From Promethearchaeia archaeon (lineage in GTDB: Archaea > Asgardarchaeota > Lokiarchaeia > Sigyniarchaeales > SOKP01): a DNA stretch of 10,477 nt. Positions 1 to 6,609 of this stretch are shown here, piece after piece; within the stretch, counting starts at the first letter, position 1, and every line of letters begins with the position of its first letter. A program made the translations under genes and the position numbers. Under the pieces are notes generated by a model. That model was not told the origin of the DNA, ran no database searches, and was given only the letters and a program-made list of their open reading frames with translations. The stretch covers positions 1 to 10,477 of the forward strand of contig JAHQWJ010000013.1 in the NCBI GenBank assembly GCA_029856125.1, read 5' to 3'.

Positions 1-2
1 TT

Positions 3-1700
3 ATTAAAGCAAAAGAAAAGGGCATAAAAGTTATTGTAATTGATCCTAGATATACAGATACCGCCTTAACAGTAGCAGATCAATGGATTCCAATAATTCC
101 TGGAACAGATGTTGCGATGATGGCTGCTATGGCTTATGTAATGATAAAAGAAAATCTTCATGATCAAGAATTTCTTGATAAATATACTCATGGCTTTGAC
201 AAGTATAAAGCTTATGTAATGGGTGATGAAGATGGTATACCAAAAACCCCAGAATGGGCTGAAAAGATTTGTGGTGTAAAAGCTTCCACTATTTTAGCAT
301 TGACCAGAGAATATGCTACCACAAAACCTGCTGCTTTAGAAGACGCTCAAGGTCCAGCAAGATCCTATATGGGTGGACAATATAACCGCGCAGCTATTAC
401 TTTATCTGCGATGACAGGAAACATAGGAAAATCTGGAGGAAGCGCTTGTGGGGGTCTTCATGGAATCCCATATGGACATATGTTCAGAACGATTGCAATT
501 CCTCCTGGTGTTAATAAAGCCTACCCCAAAGGTCCTTCTTTAAGGGGTAATATTAATCCAAGAGATCGTCTAGGCACAAGAGTGCACGTTAATAAAGTAT
601 TTGATGCAATTCTCAAAGGAAAGGCTGGTGGTTATCCTTTTGACGCTAAGTTTGCTATGTTTTTTCAATGTGATTTTGTAAACCAGATAGGAAACGCAAA
701 CCTTTCAAGGAAAGCCATGCAAAGAGAGGATTTGTTTACCGTAGTTCCTGAACTTTGGTTAACGCCTACTGCCCAATATGCTGATATAGTTCTTCCAGTC
801 GCGAGTTTTGCAGCTAGAAGTGATCTCACTAGACCGTGGCCTTCAGGGCCATATTTTGGTCATATGAATAAAGCAATTGAGCCAATTGGAGAATGTAAAG
901 ACGATATAAGGATTGCTGAGGAACTGGCAAAACGGTTAGGTATCGAAAACTTCGAACTAGAAACTGTTTTTAACGAATTTTTAAAAGCGACACGTAAGAG
1001 TGCAAAAGAAGAGATTGATGGATATGACACAATTGAAGAAAAAATGTTACGTGTGTTTACATTAGTCGCTCCCGATTTAAAAGAACACATAAAAGACTAT
1101 AAGAAGTATAAAGCAGAGGGTATATATAGAATTGATACCAAAGAGCCCTATATCGCATTTAAAAAGAATATCGAGGATTTTGAGAATAATCCTTTTCCAA
1201 CACCATCAGGAAAGATCGAAATTTTCTCAGATCAAATTGCTAGTTGGAATAACCCAATGTGTCCCGCTATTCCAAAATATGTTCCTACTTGGGAAAATCG
1301 TGATGATCCTCTAGCAGAGAAATATCCTCTTCAATTTCTAAGTTTTCATCCTCGACATGCAGTTCACTCAGAATTACAAAAAGTTGAATGGTTAAAAGAA
1401 ATTGGATTACATAGGATCTGGATAAACCCTGTTGATGCTGAGGAAAGAAAAATCCGAGATGGAGATATAGTGTTAGTCTTTAATGAACGTGGAACAATTT
1501 CGATTAATGCATGGGTGACAAAAAGAATTATTCCTGGTGTAGTCGCAATGCCAGAAGGGGCGTGGTATGATCCTGATGAAGAAGGGATTGATAGAGGTGG
1601 GTGTGCAAATACTTTGACTAAGGACGCTATGAGCGAGGGGGGTGCTGCGGCATTAAAGACGTGTTTAGTTCAAGTTAAATTAGAGAAGGAGGGTGCCTAA
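3..1700 (+). CDS. dmsA: DMSO reductase family molybdopterin (bis-MGD) oxidoreductase catalytic subunit, DmsA/YnfE-like; 5' part lies outside the window
   Basis: The frame of ORF 117..1700 is open back to position 3 (IKAKEKGIKVIVIDPRYTDTALTVADQWIPIIPGTDVAMM), so ATG117 is internal. Family motifs: IDPRYTDTA, WIPIIPGTD, PKTPEWAEKICGV, MTGNIGKSGG, TPTAQYADIVLP, FPTPSGKIEIFS, KYPLQ..HPRHAVHS, WINPVDAEERKI, GAWY...DRGGCANTLT. Collinear with the paralog at 6606..8918. The substrate cannot be determined from sequence. Confidence 0.9.
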   Translation: MKAKEKGIKVIVIDPRYTDTALTVADQWIPIIPGTDVAMMAAMAYVMIKENLHDQEFLDKYTHGFDKYKAYVMGDEDGIPKTPEWAEKICGVKASTILALTREYATTKPAALEDAQGPARSYMGGQYNRAAITLSAMTGNIGKSGGSACGGLHGIPYGHMFRTIAIPPGVNKAYPKGPSLRGNINPRDRLGTRVHVNKVFDAILKGKAGGYPFDAKFAMFFQCDFVNQIGNANLSRKAMQREDLFTVVPELWLTPTAQYADIVLPVASFAARSDLTRPWPSGPYFGHMNKAIEPIGECKDDIRIAEELAKRLGIENFELETVFNEFLKATRKSAKEEIDGYDTIEEKMLRVFTLVAPDLKEHIKDYKKYKAEGIYRIDTKEPYIAFKKNIEDFENNPFPTPSGKIEIFSDQIASWNNPMCPAIPKYVPTWENRDDPLAEKYPLQFLSFHPRHAVHSELQKVEWLKEIGLHRIWINPVDAEERKIRDGDIVLVFNERGTISINAWVTKRIIPGVVAMPEGAWYDPDEEGIDRGGCANTLTKDAMSEGGAAALKTCLVQVKLEKEGA

Positions 1701-3702
1701 ATTGCAAGTTGGATTCTACTTTGATCAATCACGATGTGCTGGATGTCATGCATGTAGAATAGCATGTAAAGATTGGCACGATGTACCAGCGGGTCCCGCT
1801 TCATGGATGAGGATCAATTATCATGAGGAAGGTCCTTTCCCAGACATCTTTTGTAGCTATTTGATTTCACCTTGCTATCATTGCGAAGAACCCGTATGTT
1901 CTTTTGTTTGCCCTAATGAGGCCATAACTAAACGAGAAAACGATGGGATCGTAGTAATTGATCAAGATAAATGTCGTGAGGAACACCATTGCGGTATTAT
2001 TTCAAAAGAAAAAATGGGCCCAAATTTCCTATATGGGGAAACACAAGCACCTTGTCAAATTGCATGTCCCGTTCATCTTCATATACCAGCGTATACGACT
2101 CTGATCGCTAATGGTAAGTTTAAGGAATCGTTAGATTTAATCAGGCAAAGAATGCCGTTACCATCGGTTTGTGGTCGAGTGTGTCTTCACCCTTGTGAAG
2201 ATGTATGTAAACGACAAGAAGTAGATCAAGCGATCGCAATCGAATCGCTCAAGGGGTTCGTAGCCGATCATGTTCCTTTAGAAACTCCAAATAAAATTAA
2301 ACAAACTCAATCGGCTAAAGTAGCGATAATAGGCTCTGGACCCGCTGGTCTTTCTGCCGCGTACGATCTAATTAGGTTAGGTTATGAAGTAACTATCTTT
2401 GAGTCTCTACCTTTAGCTGGGGGGATGCTAACCGTTGGAATACCAAACCATCGCCTTCCAAGAGAAATTCTAAAAAAGGATATTGATTACATAAAAGCAT
2501 TGGGAGTAGAAATTAAAATTAATACGCCAATTGATTTGGAAAATGGTATTAATGACCTTTTCAAGCAGGATTATGGCGCAGTTTTAATAGCAATCGGCAA
2601 TCACAGAGGAACCAAACTTAAAATCCCTGGCGTTGAGTTAGATGGCGCTCTAGTTGGGACTTCCTTTATGCGGGATGTTAACCTCGGTAAAGACGTGAAG
2701 ATAGGCAGTAAAGTTATAGTAATCGGGGGCGGAAATGTTGCCATGGATTGTGCTCGTACTGCTCGACGATTAGGTGCTGCAGAAGTAGCGGTCTCCTGTC
2801 TTGAATGTTGTGATGACATGCCTGCAACAGATTCCGAAGTTGAACACGCTCGAGAAGAAGGAATTCAAATTCACGATTCTCATACTTTTACTCGCATTGA
2901 AGGTTATAATGGAAAAGTATCTGGAGTAGGATGCTTAGACATCACCGCATGTACTTTTGACGAAGACGGTCAACCTCAATTTAATATTGTAAACGACGAA
3001 GAACACATTTTAGAAGCTGATACCGTAATATTTGCGATTGGTCAAACTCCAGATTTTTCGAATTCGGGTAAAATTAAAGTAAGCTCTACCGGTACTATCG
3101 AAGCTGATCCCGAAACTCAGTTAATCAACAAAGAGGGTGTATTTGTTGCTGGGGATTGTTTTAGTGGAGTCGCAAGCATCATTGACGCTATAGCCAGTGG
3201 GCAGAATGCAGCTTCGCACATACATCGATTTTTGCAAGGGGATGTGCTTAGAAAAAGACCATCTCCCATGAGTAAAGCAACTGAAGTAGAAGTTGATATC
3301 CCATCAGATATAGTGAAAGCAAATCGCCAACCTATGCCAAATTTACCCCCAACAGAAAGGGTATCTAACTTTAAAGAAGTTGCAATGGGATACAGCCAAG
3401 AAGCTGCGATAGCTGAAGCCAAAAGATGCCTGAATTGTGCGGGACATTTATGTAAGGATGTTTGTCCGTATTCAGCTCCTCAATTTGGTGCCGAAGAAAA
3501 AGCTAAAATGCAAAAATGCAATTTCTGTATTGATAGACATGAAGAAGGAAAACAACCCGTATGCGTCGAATCTTGTTATGCTCGTGCCCTTGATTCAGGA
3601 ACGCTAGAAGAATTAAAAGCTAAGTATGGAGAAATTCAAGAGACTTCAGGATTTGTTTACTCTAAAAAGCTTAAACCAGCTGTAATTTTTAAACCTAAAT
3701 AA
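1693..3702 (+). CDS. Fusion protein: DmsB-like 4x[4Fe-4S] subunit with an internal GltD/NfnB/DsrL-type FAD-dependent NAD(P)H oxidoreductase module
   Basis: GTG start overlaps the dmsA stop by 8 nt and follows GAAGGAG. Residues 1-101 are DmsB-like (GFYFDQSRCAGCHACRIACKDWH; CYHCEEPVCSFVCP; KCREEHHCG). Residues ~118-583 are GltD-like (APCQIACP, CGRVCLHPCEDVCKR, VAIIGSGPAG, GGMLTVGIP..RLP, VIGGGNVAMDCAR, VFVAGD, EAKRCLNC). Residues 587-669 are the DmsB C-terminal half (CKDVCPYSAPQF, KCNFC, PVCVESC, KPAVIFKP). Confidence 0.9.
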   Translation: MPKLQVGFYFDQSRCAGCHACRIACKDWHDVPAGPASWMRINYHEEGPFPDIFCSYLISPCYHCEEPVCSFVCPNEAITKRENDGIVVIDQDKCREEHHCGIISKEKMGPNFLYGETQAPCQIACPVHLHIPAYTTLIANGKFKESLDLIRQRMPLPSVCGRVCLHPCEDVCKRQEVDQAIAIESLKGFVADHVPLETPNKIKQTQSAKVAIIGSGPAGLSAAYDLIRLGYEVTIFESLPLAGGMLTVGIPNHRLPREILKKDIDYIKALGVEIKINTPIDLENGINDLFKQDYGAVLIAIGNHRGTKLKIPGVELDGALVGTSFMRDVNLGKDVKIGSKVIVIGGGNVAMDCARTARRLGAAEVAVSCLECCDDMPATDSEVEHAREEGIQIHDSHTFTRIEGYNGKVSGVGCLDITACTFDEDGQPQFNIVNDEEHILEADTVIFAIGQTPDFSNSGKIKVSSTGTIEADPETQLINKEGVFVAGDCFSGVASIIDAIASGQNAASHIHRFLQGDVLRKRPSPMSKATEVEVDIPSDIVKANRQPMPNLPPTERVSNFKEVAMGYSQEAAIAEAKRCLNCAGHLCKDVCPYSAPQFGAEEKAKMQKCNFCIDRHEEGKQPVCVESCYARALDSGTLEELKAKYGEIQETSGFVYSKKLKPAVIFKPK

Positions 3703-3716
3703 TTATTTTTTCTTTC
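3703..3716 (+). terminator. Putative archaeal-type U-rich terminator after the left operon
   Basis: T-rich tract TTATTTTTTCTTTC immediately after the TAA at 3700-3702; no GC hairpin. Weak evidence in an AT-rich background. Confidence 0.35.
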
Positions 3717-3830
3717 ATTATATTGATAGAATATTTTTTAAAATGGAAAAAAATAGAAAGAAAGCTAAATAAATTAAAAATAATTCAAGAAAACAAATTG
3801 AAATAATTTATAATATTTGGAAGAAAAAAA

Positions 3831-4979
3831 ATGACAGAAACAATAGATCAAGAAACATATAAGAAATATAAAAAAGCAGCTCAGATAATTAATGGAGCAG
3901 GTGGTACGCCTTTAGCCATCGGTGACACTCTTATTAAAATTTTAAGACACATTTTACCTGATGAAGAGGCTCTCAGTTATATAAAATACTTTAAGTCTAA
4001 GACATCCCAAACCATGGTACAATTAAAAGAAACTAGTAGCCAAACTGAAGAGGAAATTCTACCTAACCTTATTAAGTTGGCAAAAGTAGGATTAATTTTT
4101 AACCAACCTAATAGACACGGTGTTGTCGTATACCGGTTAATGCCTTTCATTGATGTTGGTGTCTTTGAATACACATTTATGGGAGTGTTAGAAGATAATG
4201 AAGCAAACAGGGAATTAGCACGATTATATCACGAATTAACGGGAGGACTTAAGGACATATTAAAAAATAATTACGATGCTGTGAAAGCCTTCGTGCAAAA
4301 AAGGGCTCCAGTTGATAGAACTATACCGTACACAATTAATAAAGCTACTGGAAACGAAATCGAAATCGTAATAGACAAAATTCTAGATGTTCCTGAAGAG
4401 AAGATTTTACCAGTTCAAAAAGTAGAAGAACTTGTTGAAAAATTTGATGATATCGCGGTTGGTCATTGCTTTTGTCGCCACCAACAAGATTTATTAGATA
4501 ATCCCTGCAAACAGACGGATATTAGAGAAAATTGCTTTACTTTTGGAAAATCTGCACGCTATACTTCAGAACAGGGATTTACTAGATTAATCTCCAAAGA
4601 GGAAGCTTTAGATATAATAATGAAATCAGATGAGGATGGATTAGTTCATAAAGCTTATCATCCCCATTTTGACACAGCTAGGGATGAAACTAGCTTATGT
4701 ATTTGCTGTAATTGTTGTTGTGGCCAAGCTGGACATGATTCTGTTAATGTCAATGTAACTAAGTATCTTGCTCAAGTTAACCAAGAATCCTGTACTGGGT
4801 GTGGGATATGCGTTGAAAATTGTCATACATTTGCGATGAAACTGAATGAGGATAATGTGGCCGAAGTAGGAGAAAGATGCATTGGTTGCGGCGTTTGTGC
4901 ATATGTGTGTCCAGAACAAGCAATTTCTCTAAAAGAGAACGAAAGAATTGTTAGGTTAATACCTCCTCGACCCGAATAA
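3831..4979 (+). CDS. Cys-rich 4Fe-4S binding protein with a C-terminal 2x[4Fe-4S] ferredoxin domain; function unknown
   Basis: C-terminal CTGCGICVENC and CIGCGVCAYVCP motifs. Central Cys motifs HCFCRH...NPC...ENCFTFG, GLVH and CICCNCCC resemble an uncharacterised Fe-S protein family of anaerobes. The N-terminal region is helical and possibly wHTH-like. Confidence 0.85.
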   Translation: MTETIDQETYKKYKKAAQIINGAGGTPLAIGDTLIKILRHILPDEEALSYIKYFKSKTSQTMVQLKETSSQTEEEILPNLIKLAKVGLIFNQPNRHGVVVYRLMPFIDVGVFEYTFMGVLEDNEANRELARLYHELTGGLKDILKNNYDAVKAFVQKRAPVDRTIPYTINKATGNEIEIVIDKILDVPEEKILPVQKVEELVEKFDDIAVGHCFCRHQQDLLDNPCKQTDIRENCFTFGKSARYTSEQGFTRLISKEEALDIIMKSDEDGLVHKAYHPHFDTARDETSLCICCNCCCGQAGHDSVNVNVTKYLAQVNQESCTGCGICVENCHTFAMKLNEDNVAEVGERCIGCGVCAYVCPEQAISLKENERIVRLIPPRPE

Positions 4980-5059
4980 ATATATTAAAAATAAAACTTG
5001 TTTAATTTTAAATAAAAAGAAGCATCAATTTATTCTTTTTTTTAATTTTTTTAGCTCGA
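4980..5059. terminator. Convergent intergenic region with U-tracts on both strands (likely bidirectional termination)
   Basis: Lies between two convergent stops. Plus strand has TTCTTTTTTTTAATTTTTTT (~5033-5052); AAAAATAAAA (4987-4996) gives a U-tract on the minus strand. Confidence 0.4.
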
Positions 5060-5902
5060 TTAATCAACAATCGCATAAGCGTTTCCGAGTACTACCGGTC
5101 CACGATCTGTTCGCATTTGAATTATGTAGCGTCCGTTATTCTTCCAACCTTCTGTTGTTAGGGTTTCTCCTGGGTACACTTCACTCGTAAACCTTGCTTT
5201 GAATTCTTTGAACCGAGTAACATCTCCATTGCAAAGACCATAAACTATTGCTCGCGTGGCATAACCATAGGTACAGAGCCCGTGAAGAATTGGCTTAGTA
5301 AATTTTCCACTTCCCTTAGCAAATTCAGGGTCAATATGTAACGGGTTTAAATCTTGGTTTAATCTATATATGGCAGCTTGATTTTCGTTAGTTTTATAAG
5401 ATATACTAAAATCAGGTTTAACCCCTTCGGGAGGATTTAGCGGTTCTGCTTTCGGTCCACTTTCTCCTCCAAAACCCCCTTCACCAATATAGAAATGAAC
5501 GTATTTAGCATCAAACACATTAGTACCATCAGCAGTTTTACCTGTCATTTTCGTATGAACAACTGCTGCTTTTCCTTTATCAAAGATATTTTCAACTACT
5601 CCTACTACTTTTATTTCGCCCGCTTTAGGGAAAGGTTGATAAAGTTTAATCATTTGTTCTCCATGAATAAACCGAGACCCATCAATTCCCTTCTTACTTA
5701 ATCTTGGGAACCCAAATCCCCCAACAATGCAAGCGTAACTAGGGAAAACTTTTAAACCCCCTTTAGCTCCTTCATAAACAAATGCTAACTCGTCAGGTTG
5801 AGCCCCAATCCCTAAATTATAAAGTACTACGTCTTTCCAAGTATATGTAAAAGTCCTCTCATCAGTTTCTTTTCCAATAATCTCTAAATCCAAACTAGTC
5901 AT
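5060..5902 (-). CDS. MaoC-family double hot-dog (R)-specific enoyl-CoA hydratase (MFE-2 hydratase-2-like)
   Basis: YTWKDVVLYNLGIGA, FVYE...VFPSY, IHGEQ, DKGK and GEGGFGG segments; hydratase-2 motif YRLNQDLNPLHIDPEFA with the catalytic Asp/His; PILHGLCTYG. ATG at 5902 is preferred; the ORF track starts at an in-frame GTG at 5911. Confidence 0.88.
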   Translation of the reverse strand: MTSLDLEIIGKETDERTFTYTWKDVVLYNLGIGAQPDELAFVYEGAKGGLKVFPSYACIVGGFGFPRLSKKGIDGSRFIHGEQMIKLYQPFPKAGEIKVVGVVENIFDKGKAAVVHTKMTGKTADGTNVFDAKYVHFYIGEGGFGGESGPKAEPLNPPEGVKPDFSISYKTNENQAAIYRLNQDLNPLHIDPEFAKGSGKFTKPILHGLCTYGYATRAIVYGLCNGDVTRFKEFKARFTSEVYPGETLTTEGWKNNGRYIIQMRTDRGPVVLGNAYAIVD

Positions 5903-5930
5903 TTTTACCACATGTTAAATTTACATATTA

Positions 5931-5950
5931 CATTTAAATAATTTTTTTTA
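5931..5950 (-). promoter_or_regulatory. Putative archaeal BRE/TATA promoter of the hydratase gene
   Basis: The minus strand reads AAAAAAAAT-TATTTAAATG, a purine-rich run followed by a TTTAAA box about 30 bp upstream of ATG5902. Confidence 0.4.
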
Positions 5951-5997
5951 ATTAATTTATATTTCTAATAGTTTATTAATTATTTCAATTCTATATT

Positions 5998-6016
5998 AAA
6001 AATAAGAAATTTCTTA
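5998..6016 (-). terminator. Putative terminator of the right dmsAB operon
   Basis: Perfect 14-bp palindrome TAAGAAATTTCTTA (6003-6016) followed on the minus strand by TTTTT, about 30 nt after the dmsB stop. Could instead be an operator for the hydratase gene. Confidence 0.35.
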
Positions 6017-6045
6017 CATCTCAGGGTTAATTAGGATAAAACAAG

Positions 6046-6609
6046 TTATTTAGTTCTTCTTGGTTTAAAAATGATAGAAGGTTTTATTTTATCATTATTA
6101 AGAAATCCTTCAGCTTCAACAATGCCCCCATATTTTTCTTGTAATTGTTCCATTGTCCCAACATCAAGAGCGTACATAGGACACGCTTCTACACATATTG
6201 TTTGTTGACCTTTCTCCAACCGTTCAAGACAAAGATCACATTTTTCCATTTTAGAATTTATTTCGTTGCTGAACTGTGGGGAATTCCAAGGGCAAACTTT
6301 TAAGCATTTAAACCCACATTCGTCCTTTCCAATACATTTTTCGCTGTCGACCACCACTATTCCATCTTTTTCCCTTTTTATTATAGCGCTTGTAGGACAC
6401 GCCTTCACACACGGGGGATCAGCACAGTGGTTGCACGCAATAGTTAAGTACGTTAGGAATAACTTAGGAAACTCTCCTTTTTCAATTGAATTAACTCTTA
6501 TCCAATTTATTGGTCCAGCAGGTATATCGTGCCAATCTTTGCAGGCTACCGCACAGGTAAAACAACCAGTGCACCGTGTTTGATCAAAATAAAATCCAAT
6601 TTGAGTCAT
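6046..6609 (-). CDS. dmsB: DMSO reductase family iron-sulfur subunit, DmsB-like (4x[4Fe-4S])
   Basis: Four Cys groups: CTGCFTCAVAC, CNHCADPPCVKACP, CIGKDECGFKCLKVCP, CDLC...CVEACP. N-terminus QIGFYFDQTRC and C-terminus KPSIIFKP are typical of DmsB. ATGA overlap with the dmsA stop (6606-6609) implies translational coupling. Confidence 0.92.
   Translation of the reverse strand: MTQIGFYFDQTRCTGCFTCAVACKDWHDIPAGPINWIRVNSIEKGEFPKLFLTYLTIACNHCADPPCVKACPTSAIIKREKDGIVVVDSEKCIGKDECGFKCLKVCPWNSPQFSNEINSKMEKCDLCLERLEKGQQTICVEACPMYALDVGTMEQLQEKYGGIVEAEGFLNNDKIKPSIIFKPRRTK

Noticed and set aside
117-119. ATG117 as the start of the left dmsA
   Set aside because: The frame is open to the window edge and encodes conserved internal motifs upstream of it; the true start is outside the window.
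2040-3480. Apparently higher GC in the flavin insert as a sign of recent horizontal acquisition
   Set aside because: Judged only by eye and plausibly explained by Gly/Ala/Cys-rich composition; a GC3 and codon-usage computation would be needed.
1693-3702. Annotation as glutamate synthase small subunit or a bifurcating NfnAB
   Set aside because: No gltB or nfnA partner in the window and the module is embedded in DmsB; electron bifurcation cannot be claimed from sequence alone.
6606-6608. TGA at the end of the right dmsA as a possible selenocysteine codon
   Set aside because: The protein is already complete, the TGA is part of an ATGA stop/start overlap with dmsB in another frame, the predicted Mo ligand is Ser, and I saw no convincing SECIS-like hairpin in the intergenic regions.
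1693-6609. Inverted paralogs as an invertible segment or recent duplication
   Set aside because: Similarity is clear at protein level but the DNA is diverged, with no long identical inverted repeats seen and no recombinase in the window.
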